From a virus (lineage: Duplodnaviria; Caudoviricetes): 64,000 nt of DNA. The first letter of the stretch is position 1, and each line of letters opens with the position of its first letter. Below are positions 36,870 through 46,208 of the stretch, piece after piece. The translations under genes were made by a program, and so were the position numbers. The stretch lies in the IMG/VR virus record IMGVR_UViG_3300021364_000005; one strand, written 5' to 3'. Below the pieces are notes generated by a model, which did not search any database, was not told the DNA's origin, and saw only the letters and a program-made list of their open reading frames with translations.

Positions 36870-37103
36870 TTATGCCTTCTTCTTTTTCTTTTTAGGATTC
36901 CGTGACTTCATATTTCCAATTGGCATTGCTACACTTGCAACACCGCCTGCTGCTGTTGTTTCCGAAACTGTAGGATCATTACAGTTGCAGTGCTTACAAG
37001 TTGGAGGACATTTGCAATCTTCGGCCTTTGTGTCTGCTCCGCAACATTTATCTGAGCAATATTTGTCCTTTTTTTCTTCAGCTAATAGTTCATTGATTTT
37101 CAT
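36870..37103 (-). CDS. Small Cys-rich probable head protein
   Basis: MKINELLAE, then YCSDKCC...CKCPPTCKHCNC; GGAGG SD; TAATG coupling. Confidence 0.65.
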   Translation of the reverse strand: MKINELLAEEKKDKYCSDKCCGADTKAEDCKCPPTCKHCNCNDPTVSETTAAGGVASVAMPIGNMKSRNPKKKKKKA

Positions 37104-37360
37104 TAAAAATCCTCCATGTTCCATCCAGTTTCTGGATCTAATCTTCGTAATTGTTTTTTATACTTTTTATATGTTTTCCAATATTCTTCACGTTCATTTG
37201 CTCTTGCCCGTCGAGCTTCGTGTTCTTTTAATTTGGCAACATAGTGTGCCCATTCAATATCATCTATACTGTTATCTTCGTGTTCTCTCCACGTTTTGCT
37301 ATACCCGTCTGGATATAGTTCTACTACTTTTTCTTCCCGCCCTTCATATTTGCGCACCAA
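37103..37360 (-). CDS. Hypothetical protein
   Basis: 85 aa in operon. Confidence 0.55.
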   Translation of the reverse strand: MVRKYEGREEKVVELYPDGYSKTWREHEDNSIDDIEWAHYVAKLKEHEARRARANEREEYWKTYKKYKKQLRRLDPETGWNMEDF

Positions 37361-38589
37361 TGATACATCCTCGCTTTCTCACCTGAGCTATTCTTAGCTC
37401 TCTTTCGTAAATCTGTAACACTACCGTTGCAACTAGCACCTGAACGTTTTACACGCCCTGGTCTGCTTTTGCCTTTTTTCTTACCGTCAGCAAAGTTTTC
37501 GCCTACTGCTTGTTTAATTGCTTTTGCTGTGCGTTCGAATTTATGGTCTTTGTACTTAAATCCTATACCGCCTGCAGATTCCCATGCATTTATGTTTACG
37601 CCGTAGTCGTCAATTAATATATTAGGAGTACCATTTTCGTTTTTTGCATATTGTGGTTTATTATGAGTTATGTATATATTTTTTGGAGGGAAGAAACTAA
37701 GATGCTTTTTGATCCATTGTTTCTTGTGTGGCTCTGATCTAGGGTCATCTGCTAATGGACTAGAACAAATATTATAACTGCCTTTAACTTGCTTTATTAA
37801 CATAAGCAATTCTTTAGCTTGAGGCAACATAGGCAGTTTCAACCAAAAATCATCTACAGTTTTAATTTTCTTTAAAGCAGCTTGTGGATCTTTAATATCT
37901 CTAAAATTTTTCTTACCTGCAACTTTTGCCCATTCTCCAAAAAAGTCTGCAAGCACTCCGTCCATATCGACGTAAATCTCTGTGCTTGGATCTAATTCGC
38001 CTAATGCTTCGGATAAGTCATAGGCAGCAAGCTCTTGCATTATTGCGCTCATTCTTTTTTGAGGACGTTGTGGAACTTCGTGTCCACCTTCCATTAGTGC
38101 TAGTTCATATGCGGAGTAATTTTCATGATATGCTTTATCAGTTGCTGTTTTTGCTTTTTCAGCATCAGGGTGTTTTGGATTAATAGTAACTACTTCGCCA
38201 TTAATTAGTTCTGCAACATTTGCACTTTTGCCAATTGTGTCTAATAGCTGATGTAAATCATCATTAGGATCATAGTTACCACTTTCATATCCTAACTTTC
38301 CTCTTACTTCTGTACGCCTACCTGTATCAGTATTAGTAATGTTAAGGACAAGCATTTCTTTATCTCTTTCAAGTTGTAATTTATACCCTTCTGCAAGTCC
38401 TAGATTAAAAAGAACATTTGTTGATTTGCCTTTTACTTTGCTACTCAGCGTAGGAGGCTTTCCGTCTTTATCTACTTTGTTTCCAAACTTAGCTGCTTCG
38501 ATAGAAGTTTGATTAACACCAACATCGTGTGTTGTATTAACACCTTTTACTATTCTTCCAACTGCTTCATCTAAATGTTCAATTTTCAT
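37324..38589 (-). CDS. Multidomain probable head protein carrying a 5'(3')-deoxyribonucleotidase (NT5C-like HAD) domain
   Basis: Start MKIEHLDE at 38589 (ATGA coupling); YVDMDGVLADF...K--W...LIDDY--N--AWE-AGG-G. Confidence 0.75.
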   Translation of the reverse strand: MKIEHLDEAVGRIVKGVNTTHDVGVNQTSIEAAKFGNKVDKDGKPPTLSSKVKGKSTNVLFNLGLAEGYKLQLERDKEMLVLNITNTDTGRRTEVRGKLGYESGNYDPNDDLHQLLDTIGKSANVAELINGEVVTINPKHPDAEKAKTATDKAYHENYSAYELALMEGGHEVPQRPQKRMSAIMQELAAYDLSEALGELDPSTEIYVDMDGVLADFFGEWAKVAGKKNFRDIKDPQAALKKIKTVDDFWLKLPMLPQAKELLMLIKQVKGSYNICSSPLADDPRSEPHKKQWIKKHLSFFPPKNIYITHNKPQYAKNENGTPNILIDDYGVNINAWESAGGIGFKYKDHKFERTAKAIKQAVGENFADGKKKGKSRPGRVKRSGASCNGSVTDLRKRAKNSSGEKARMYHWCANMKGGKKK

Positions 38590-38804
38590 TTTTTCTTGCG
38601 TCCCCTGAATTGAGGAACTCCTGTCATATATGGTTTTGAAAACCATAATTTGAACCAGTCTTTATCTCCTGGTTTTAAATTTAATCTTTTTTCTTTCTTT
38701 TTTAATTCAGCAGCTGTCTCGGAAGGGTTTTCGTCAATGTGATATTCTGAGTATCCTTTGAATTCATTTATACCTGCTAGTCTTTTTAAAGTATCTAAAT
38801 CCAT
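38586..38804 (-). CDS. Small probable head protein
   Basis: MDLDTLKRLAGINE; basic C-terminus. Confidence 0.6.
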   Translation of the reverse strand: MDLDTLKRLAGINEFKGYSEYHIDENPSETAAELKKKEKRLNLKPGDKDWFKLWFSKPYMTGVPQFRGRKKK

Positions 38805-39874
38805 TAGTCTGCATTCCTGATTTGATATTTTATTCCTAAGTTATCAAACAGTTTACTAGCTTGTGCAATATTTGTCAATGCCTGTTTTACTTGTGGTAGA
38901 TATTCTTCATTATCTTCTACTTTACGCATAAACTTCTTTGCCTGATCTGGCATAATCCAAATAAGTTTGCCACTCCATGCAGCACCTTTGCGGTAAAAAC
39001 TTAAGAAGTGTTCTTTGTTATCCTGTCTATTAGCAATCCAGTCTAATACCTTAAGTTTGTTTGGATCCTGTTCTTTAATACTAGGTGCTGTGCTTTTGGA
39101 TTTAAAAACATCAAGTTCGTCTGTTCTACCTTTATGCTTTTGGTATCCTTGTTTAGCAAGTCTTTTTTTGTCTTTGTGCGCACCCATTGCACCGCTCTTA
39201 CGCAAATCTTGCATAGTTTGTGCATTTGGATCTCTTGGCTTGATTAGCTTGGGTTTAGATGCTTCGGTCTGTTCGCTTAGTGCTTGATTTAATAATTGCA
39301 CTGCTGTTTCGGCACCCTTACCATACATTTGTTGTGCAGCCTTTAACTTATCTTCATCTGACATTTCAGGCCAAGTAGCTCTTAGTTCGCTTGCACTTTT
39401 TATCTGCATACCTGAAAAATTGAAGTTAATTGTTGGACCATATGCCATGTATCCTGCTACTTCACTAGGTTCTAAATCTTTATTCTTATAACTTCTTAGG
39501 TATCCTGGTTCGCCATTCTTTTTTATTTGATCAGGTAAAGGTTGGGATGTTTTATCTTTTTCGCTACGGATAAACACTAGTGCTTTAGAATCATCTAATA
39601 TATCTAAATAACTCTTAGCATTAAACGGTGATTTTACTTGTATAAATCTTTGTTCTGGAACGCCTGCCATTGCAGCAAGTTTTTTCTTTACATCGAAAGG
39701 AAATGGTCTTGAACTAGTATCGTTTGTAGCAGCTACGTATACATTAGCTTTTCCAAACTCTTTAACTGCCCAGTCATACAAACTTTTATGTCCAGGATGG
39801 AACGGATGAAACCCGCCAGGCATAATTGCTACAACGCCATTTGCTGATTGTTCAAACAGTTCCCTTAGTAGCAT
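38804..39874 (-). CDS. Probable head protein with a HIGH-type nucleotidyltransferase domain
   Basis: MLLRELFE; GGFHPFHPGH; SASELR. Confidence 0.7.
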   Translation of the reverse strand: MLLRELFEQSANGVVAIMPGGFHPFHPGHKSLYDWAVKEFGKANVYVAATNDTSSRPFPFDVKKKLAAMAGVPEQRFIQVKSPFNAKSYLDILDDSKALVFIRSEKDKTSQPLPDQIKKNGEPGYLRSYKNKDLEPSEVAGYMAYGPTINFNFSGMQIKSASELRATWPEMSDEDKLKAAQQMYGKGAETAVQLLNQALSEQTEASKPKLIKPRDPNAQTMQDLRKSGAMGAHKDKKRLAKQGYQKHKGRTDELDVFKSKSTAPSIKEQDPNKLKVLDWIANRQDNKEHFLSFYRKGAAWSGKLIWIMPDQAKKFMRKVEDNEEYLPQVKQALTNIAQASKLFDNLGIKYQIRNAD

Positions 39875-40200
39875 TAGTAATCACCTTTTCTCAGTGCTTC
39901 TATTTCATCCTCGTATATACGATTGATTATATCATCATAATCTTCAGTTGTCAACAAGTCTTCAGGTAATTTATTAATTTTGTAACATTCTACATAACCT
40001 TTAGTAGCAAGTTCTACCATAGGTCCTATTAAATCTTTAGCATTGTTTTGACTTTTTAACTCGTCCTGCATTTTACACATTGTTGGATAATAAACCTTGC
40101 GGTAAAACATTGGATCGTTTTTCATATACTGTTGAACATCATCTACAACATCAAAAGGCATTTGATCCTGATGTGATGTAAATTCTAGTATCTTTACCAT
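39874..40200 (-). CDS. Hypothetical protein
   Basis: 108 aa, coupled. Confidence 0.6.
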   Translation of the reverse strand: MVKILEFTSHQDQMPFDVVDDVQQYMKNDPMFYRKVYYPTMCKMQDELKSQNNAKDLIGPMVELATKGYVECYKINKLPEDLLTTEDYDDIINRIYEDEIEALRKGDY

Positions 40201-40760
40201 TTTCTACAACTCCAGTATCTTGCTTTTGTTCTTGGACCTGGATTATCACAGTTGTGTCTAGCACGGAATGAACGTCTACGAGCAGGATTAGATTTCTTAA
40301 TCTTCATGTTAGGATCACCAAAGTTTACTTTCTTAACATTCTTAGTCTTTGGATCTCTAACATAAACTTTAAACTTTTTGACATCGCCCTGCATTGGTTT
40401 ACCAAGTTTTACTTTACGGCCTTGATATTCTGCTTCGTCCATTTCTTCATCTTCGTTGTACCACATTACGCCGTACTCTTCGAAGAAGTCATTACCGTCA
40501 TATGTTTCTTCATCAAGCATTTCTTCATTAGTAGAAATTTCAATATCAAAATCATCATATCCTGACTCAGTCATAAACGCAACTAATCTATCAGCATATT
40601 CATCTGCTTCAGATTCTGTTAATTCTCTTGCTAAAGGAATATGAATTACAGTTGCACCTTGTTCTGATTCTAAAAGTTCCATGCCTGGAAAGATACTTTC
40701 ATTTATCATTCCATTTATTTCATCTTGTTTTTCCATTACAACTCTTACAAAATGTTCCAT
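40194..40760 (-). CDS. Probable head protein: acidic N-domain plus basic C-domain
   Basis: C-terminal EAEYQGRKVKLGKP...RARH-C...ARYWSC-KW motif, recalled from T4-like aquatic phages. Confidence 0.65.
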   Translation of the reverse strand: MEHFVRVVMEKQDEINGMINESIFPGMELLESEQGATVIHIPLARELTESEADEYADRLVAFMTESGYDDFDIEISTNEEMLDEETYDGNDFFEEYGVMWYNEDEEMDEAEYQGRKVKLGKPMQGDVKKFKVYVRDPKTKNVKKVNFGDPNMKIKKSNPARRRSFRARHNCDNPGPRTKARYWSCRKW

Positions 40761-40787
40761 AATTGTTTCCTTTTTAGTATTTATCTA

Positions 40788-41531
40788 CTATACTGTTCCT
40801 AAGTATTCTACAGTGATGGTCCATGCGTCTATGTCACCTGTTACAGATCCGCTATTTCGACGGTTTCTATCTTCACTTGTTAGTCTGTCACCTCGTGTAA
40901 CTCTAAATCTAGTTTCTTTATGTTCCCACGCTGCATTCCAATCGGTTGCATCACTTGATGTGTCTTTGATAGTAAACTCTACTTGTGTAATCGTACCTGG
41001 AAAGGCTTCTGTTTGTCCGAGGTTGCCAAAGTCTGTAAAGTCTATTGAATTACTAGGTGCAAACTGTCCTTCCATTGCAAAGTATACATGATTACTGCTA
41101 GTAGTTGTTGCTCCTGCTGTTGGTTGACTTTCAGTAGAACGCCAGCGGGTGTCTGCTGTAATTGTAGGATAAGTAAAGCTACCTACAGTAATATCTATAT
41201 CGTACACCATTATCCAGGCACTAGGCTGTATATATGGATCAACTATTTTACCAGGCATATAAGTTCCGTTAGGAAAAGCAAAAGAAAGTCCTGAATATTC
41301 TGCTGAAGAACTTGGGTTATCCCATTTGTCCCACGCCCAGTTACCCGAAAATTCATTTGCATAAAATTCAGTTTTACTATGATAAAGTAATCCCGGTGTG
41401 CTACTACCACTGTTAACACCTAATGAAATCGGTCCACCTAAGCCTGTAGTTGTAATAGAAAGTGCATCTTCTAGGTTTACAGCAGGTCTACGTCCGGCCC
41501 TAAAACTATGCGTAAAACTACCAAAAGCCAT
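40788..41531 (-). CDS. Hypothetical fibre-associated protein
   Basis: Coupled to the fibre gene; beta-rich. Confidence 0.6.
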   Translation of the reverse strand: MAFGSFTHSFRAGRRPAVNLEDALSITTTGLGGPISLGVNSGSSTPGLLYHSKTEFYANEFSGNWAWDKWDNPSSSAEYSGLSFAFPNGTYMPGKIVDPYIQPSAWIMVYDIDITVGSFTYPTITADTRWRSTESQPTAGATTTSSNHVYFAMEGQFAPSNSIDFTDFGNLGQTEAFPGTITQVEFTIKDTSSDATDWNAAWEHKETRFRVTRGDRLTSEDRNRRNSGSVTGDIDAWTITVEYLGTV

Positions 41532-42817
41532 TATGAAAAGTCCACTAGTTGTCCGAGTATATGATAAGTTGCACCAATTACGATAATACTAAAACTTACA
41601 ACGTCAACACCATTTGCTGTACCTGTTGGCGGAGTTCCGCCTTGCCATCTTATAGTCTGTGGGGCTCCCATGATTTGTACTGCTGAAGGAATAAAAGGCT
41701 GTGACTCTTGTATGATTGCTAGTGTTACGTTTCTTGCACTATCTAGTGGTACATTTATATTAATAAAGTTTGCTGTCCAATCTGCTGCTGGTTGAATGTT
41801 CCACCAAACATTTGTTGCATTACAGTCATATGTTACAACACCTGTCGGATTGTTAACCTGTACTAATTGTTCTAATATGCCGTGATTAAGTATATGTAAG
41901 TCTGCGCCTCCAACAGTCATACCAGCTTGGAAATCAATAAGGTCTGTAGTGGTTGCACCCCTAGTTGTTACATCTTGTAAAGTGTCAGCAGATTGTGCTA
42001 CCCAGGAATAATCTCCATTACCTGAAAGAGCACTAGCGTCCCAACTTAGAACATATCCGTCTGTTGGTGCTGTGCTACCTGACCATAGATGATTATTAAT
42101 TACAGGATTAAATGCACTTCCGCCAGCGATAGTTGCACTACCAAAATGAATTGTTGTACCTTGTAAATCATATGTTCCGCCAGGTTGAGCATTTATGCCT
42201 CCTGTACCAATATCTATAGTGGTTACAGCTATTTTGCCAGTTACACTTACACCATAAGTTTCGTCTTGAATATTATTTAAACTTGAACCTGATGATTGTG
42301 CAACCCATGCATAATCTGAGCCGTCCCAACTTAATACTTCGTTACTAGTTGCAGTGCTTGTGTTTAAATGAGCATCAATGTCTGCATTCAAGTTGCCTAC
42401 TGGCTGATATTGTGATAGATCTGGGGGAGCATAAGTAAAAACTCCAGTTGTATTATCATAAGAAATACCGCCATCGCCTGAAGCAGGATCTTCAGCACCT
42501 ACACTTAAATCACCTAAGGCAATGCCTGCTGCTGGTATTGTTGGCTTGTTTGTTAAACTATCATAGTCTCCGTCAAATGTACTAAATGAACTTAAATCGG
42601 GCGGAGTATATGTAAATACACCTGTAGTGTTATTGTACGAAAGAGCTGCTGTGCCTGCAGGATTTGTAGATATACTTAGATCTGTAAGTGCAATACCGCC
42701 GCCGCTTGATATATACAATTCATCAAAGTTGTCATTGATTTTGTCAAACGCTGAACGAAGGCTTTCACCGTCCCCTGCTAGTTCTGCTGATCCAATGTTA
42801 ATTGTTTGCTTTGCCAT
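41531..42817 (-). CDS. Tail fibre / baseplate-attached protein (gp9/gp10-like N-terminus)
   Basis: MAKQTINIG...GDGESLRSAFDKINDNFDELY anchor motif. Confidence 0.75.
   Translation of the reverse strand: MAKQTINIGSAELAGDGESLRSAFDKINDNFDELYISSGGGIALTDLSISTNPAGTAALSYNNTTGVFTYTPPDLSSFSTFDGDYDSLTNKPTIPAAGIALGDLSVGAEDPASGDGGISYDNTTGVFTYAPPDLSQYQPVGNLNADIDAHLNTSTATSNEVLSWDGSDYAWVAQSSGSSLNNIQDETYGVSVTGKIAVTTIDIGTGGINAQPGGTYDLQGTTIHFGSATIAGGSAFNPVINNHLWSGSTAPTDGYVLSWDASALSGNGDYSWVAQSADTLQDVTTRGATTTDLIDFQAGMTVGGADLHILNHGILEQLVQVNNPTGVVTYDCNATNVWWNIQPAADWTANFININVPLDSARNVTLAIIQESQPFIPSAVQIMGAPQTIRWQGGTPPTGTANGVDVVSFSIIVIGATYHILGQLVDFS
42413..42697 (-). repeat. Internal duplicated module in the fibre gene
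   Basis: GIALxDLS...SYxNTTGVFTYxPPDLS occurs twice. Confidence 0.8.
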
Positions 42818-42826
42818 TTGCCCACC

Positions 42827-43234
42827 TTAATGATTTAACTTGATATAATTTACTGTACCTGTAGTCCAATTAGATACATAAGCTCTAATCCATACATAAT
42901 TGCCGGTAAAGTTGTATGTTTTAGTATTTGTAGTTGCATCAGTGTATTCTATAAAAGTTATGTTTTCTTCTGAAATAAGTCCTGTGGTATCTACAGATAA
43001 TCCACCAGTACCTAGCTCTACAGTAAACCAGTCATCTGCTGTAGGGTTAACAGCTAGTGTTGCTTGAATCTCAATCTTGCCTACAAATCCGTTAAGATTT
43101 GCTTGCATGGTGTGTAGACCGTCTGAGCGGCCGTAATACCCATCCCCGCGATATTGGTCACCAGTTACTGTCGTAACAGTGCTATCATCTGGATGTGTGT
43201 TCTGTGTTAAAATATCTATACTATTACTCGGCAT
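42827..43234 (-). CDS. Hypothetical (probably structural) protein
   Basis: Start moved to the ATG at 43234; TAAATA (43240-43245) 5 nt upstream. Confidence 0.65.
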   Translation of the reverse strand: MPSNSIDILTQNTHPDDSTVTTVTGDQYRGDGYYGRSDGLHTMQANLNGFVGKIEIQATLAVNPTADDWFTVELGTGGLSVDTTGLISEENITFIEYTDATTNTKTYNFTGNYVWIRAYVSNWTTGTVNYIKLNH

Positions 43235-43238
43235 ACTA

Positions 43239-43910
43239 CTATTTATCAATAGTAGGGTCAACAACTACTTCTTCAATTTTACGGATATTGTTACCTATGA
43301 AAATATTTAATAAAGATAGTACTTTTGGACTTTTTACATAAAAATAGTAACCATGACAAAACCCTGATGTTTTAATATATTCATATGCACGAGTACCTAT
43401 TTTAATTTTATCCCTATTTGCATCAATCCATGCTGCAAAATCTGTACTTACTCTGTTTTTTAAAGTAACTCTATACTTAAAATCAGTAGGTCTTTTTAAT
43501 ATAGCTACTCTTGGGATTTCGTTTATTAGGTCTTTTAAATTATCACTTGGGCTGTAGTATTTGCATTCTTTATAAAGTTTGTCAGATATGCCAAATAAAA
43601 ACTTAGGACTATTGGCATATAAACTAATAGATCCCATTTCTATTCTAATCATGTAATCTGTTTTAGTTTGGCTTAGTTTTTGTAAAAGGTATTTTGCATC
43701 CAAAAAGTCTTCCATACTTACTGGAATTTCTATATATGCTTTTCGCAGTATAAGTTCAGTTCCCTTATCATATTCGTGTTGAATACTTTCTAGCATAGAT
43801 CTAGCATAGGCAAAATTTTTATCTCTAAAAATATGCGCTATGCTATTAAAAAATTCTAGTTTATACCAATATTTCTCATAATATTTTTTAGGTGAATTAA
43901 ACTTCTTCAA
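43239..43910 (-). CDS. Hypothetical protein
   Basis: 223 aa. Confidence 0.6.
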   Translation of the reverse strand: MKKFNSPKKYYEKYWYKLEFFNSIAHIFRDKNFAYARSMLESIQHEYDKGTELILRKAYIEIPVSMEDFLDAKYLLQKLSQTKTDYMIRIEMGSISLYANSPKFLFGISDKLYKECKYYSPSDNLKDLINEIPRVAILKRPTDFKYRVTLKNRVSTDFAAWIDANRDKIKIGTRAYEYIKTSGFCHGYYFYVKSPKVLSLLNIFIGNNIRKIEEVVVDPTIDK

Positions 43911-46149
43911 CTAAAATCTCTCCGGTTCTTAAAGATATAGTATTTTCATCTGCATCATGCACAATTTCTACTACACCCCCATCTTTAAGATTTCCAAAAA
44001 GTAATTCTCTTGATAGAGGACGTTTAATTTCCTTGTCAATAACACGTTGTAAAGGTCTTGCTCCCATTTTAGGATCAAAGCCTTTTTCTACAAGGTAGTC
44101 TAATGCATCATCGGAAATGGTAATTTTAACATTTTTATCTTTGACCATTGTTTTTAATTCTAACAAGAACTTGCCAACAATTTTCATCATTGTTTCTTTA
44201 CCAAGTTTTGCAAATGTAATTGTAGCATCTAATCTGTTACGGAACTCAGGAGCAAAAAAGTTCTTAAGTTCTTTATCATCATACTCGTTATCATTATCAT
44301 TGCCAAACCCGATAGTATTCTTTTCAGCTTCCTTAGCACCTAAATTAGTTGTTAATATAAGAACACTATTTCTAGCATCTGCTTCCTTGCCATTTGAGCT
44401 TGTTACTTTTCCGTTGTCCATAATCTGCAAAAGGATCTGAGACACGTCTGGGTGAGCTTTTTCAATTTCGTCTAGCAATAACACACAGTTAGGATTTTCT
44501 TGTAGTTTTTCAATTAATAATCCACTAGTTTCTTCATGCCCAACATAGCCTGGAGGCGAACCAATAAGTTTTGCGACAGAGTGTTTTTCTTGATATTCAC
44601 TCATATCAAATCTTACAAGCTCTACTCCTAAATGTGAAGCAAGTTGTTTTGCAGTTTCTGTTTTACCAGTACCTGTTGGCCCCATAAACACAAATGAACC
44701 AATCGGGCTTGTTGGTGCTTTTAGCCCTGCTTGGGCAACAAGGATTTTGTCAACAATATTTTCGATAGCTTCATCTTGTCCATAAACAACAGACTTCATA
44801 TTCTTTTCTAAATTAGCAAGATTTTCTGTTTCTTTTTCAGCAACCTGTTCAGGTGGCAATTTAACATACTTTGCAAGCTCAAATTGAATGTTCTTTTCGC
44901 TTACAATTTTGTCACCTTCAAACTCGATCAAATTAAATCTAGAACAAGCAGCATCAATTAGATCAATTGCTTTGTCAGGAAGTTTTTTGTCTGGCTGATA
45001 TTTTACACTAAGTTTAATACTAGCATCAATAGCTTCTTCGGTAATTGTTGCATTATGATATTCTTCGTAGTATTGTTTGATGCCGTTTAGAATATCTTTA
45101 GTTACGGATTCACTAGGCTCTTCAACTGTAACTCTTTGGAATCTACGCATTAATGCTCTATCTGATTCAAAGTATTTTCTGTATTCTTCCCAAGTTGTTG
45201 ATGCAACAACTTTAAGATTGCCTTTAGTGAGAGCTGGCTTCAGCATATTTGCTAAATCGTTTGAGCTATTACCTCCGCCAGCACCTGCACCGTTCATCAT
45301 GTGAGCTTCATCTACAAACATGATGGCTTTGTCTTTCTTTGTAAGTGCATGAAGCACTAATTTAAACCGCTCCTCAAAATCACCTCGGTACTTGGAGCCT
45401 GCAAGCATTGCGCCGATGTCTAAATTATATACTTCATATTCTGCTAAGAAAGGCGGAACATTGCCATTTACAATATTCCATGATAAGCCTTCTGCAATAG
45501 CAGTTTTACCAACTCCAGGGTCACCTACAAGTAAGACGTTATTCTTATTTCTGCGTCCTAGAGCAAGTGCAATACTGTCTAGTTCTTCAGAACGTCCGAT
45601 TACTGGATCAATTTTTCCTTTTTTAACTTGAGCATTTAGATCAGTAGTAAATGCACGTAGAGCCTTTTGTGCTTGGCTATTAGTTTCTGAATCTTCTGCT
45701 TCTTCTGCAACTTCATTACTTACATATTCGTTAAATGCTTCTTTATCAACTCCGCCTTTATTTAAGTAGTAGCAAGCAGGTGTTTTCTTTTCTGCAAGTA
45801 TACTACTCATAACATCCTGAAGCTGAATAGTATTACGACCGTTGAATAAAACTTGTGTAAACGCACGATTTAAGATACGTTCTACAGTTTGTGTTTTTTT
45901 AGGTTTGAATTTCTTTGGCTCACCATCTTCGATAATTTTAATTTCTTCTGCATTCTTAAGATGATGTTCTAAACTAGATTTGATAAAATCTACTTCTGCA
46001 CCGAACCCTATTAAAAGTTGTGCAAAATTCTTTTCGCAAAGCATACTGAACAATAGATGTTCTACTGTTACATATTCGTGTCTCAATTTTTGTGCGTCTT
46101 TAATTGCTTTATCAAATACTGCTTGTAGTTCGTTACTTGGCTCTACCAA
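43897..46149 (-). CDS. clpA: ClpA-type Hsp100 AAA+ chaperone / protease ATPase subunit
   Basis: Clp N-domain (HEYVTVEHLL), D1 GDPGVGKT, D2 GPTGTGKT, IGF ClpP-docking loop, GARPL; no ClpB/C middle domain. Confidence 0.92.
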   Translation of the reverse strand: MVEPSNELQAVFDKAIKDAQKLRHEYVTVEHLLFSMLCEKNFAQLLIGFGAEVDFIKSSLEHHLKNAEEIKIIEDGEPKKFKPKKTQTVERILNRAFTQVLFNGRNTIQLQDVMSSILAEKKTPACYYLNKGGVDKEAFNEYVSNEVAEEAEDSETNSQAQKALRAFTTDLNAQVKKGKIDPVIGRSEELDSIALALGRRNKNNVLLVGDPGVGKTAIAEGLSWNIVNGNVPPFLAEYEVYNLDIGAMLAGSKYRGDFEERFKLVLHALTKKDKAIMFVDEAHMMNGAGAGGGNSSNDLANMLKPALTKGNLKVVASTTWEEYRKYFESDRALMRRFQRVTVEEPSESVTKDILNGIKQYYEEYHNATITEEAIDASIKLSVKYQPDKKLPDKAIDLIDAACSRFNLIEFEGDKIVSEKNIQFELAKYVKLPPEQVAEKETENLANLEKNMKSVVYGQDEAIENIVDKILVAQAGLKAPTSPIGSFVFMGPTGTGKTETAKQLASHLGVELVRFDMSEYQEKHSVAKLIGSPPGYVGHEETSGLLIEKLQENPNCVLLLDEIEKAHPDVSQILLQIMDNGKVTSSNGKEADARNSVLILTTNLGAKEAEKNTIGFGNDNDNEYDDKELKNFFAPEFRNRLDATITFAKLGKETMMKIVGKFLLELKTMVKDKNVKITISDDALDYLVEKGFDPKMGARPLQRVIDKEIKRPLSRELLFGNLKDGGVVEIVHDADENTISLRTGEILVEEV

Positions 46150-46179
46150 AATAAATGCTCCTGTTTTATTATTGTATTT

Positions 46180-46208
46180 ACTTTAACATAAAATTGTTGT
46201 AATGTCAA
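46180..46208 (-). promoter_or_regulatory. sigma70-type promoter for clpA overlapping a TAAATA box
   Basis: TTGACA-17-TAAAGT; TAAATA at 46175-46180. Confidence 0.6.
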
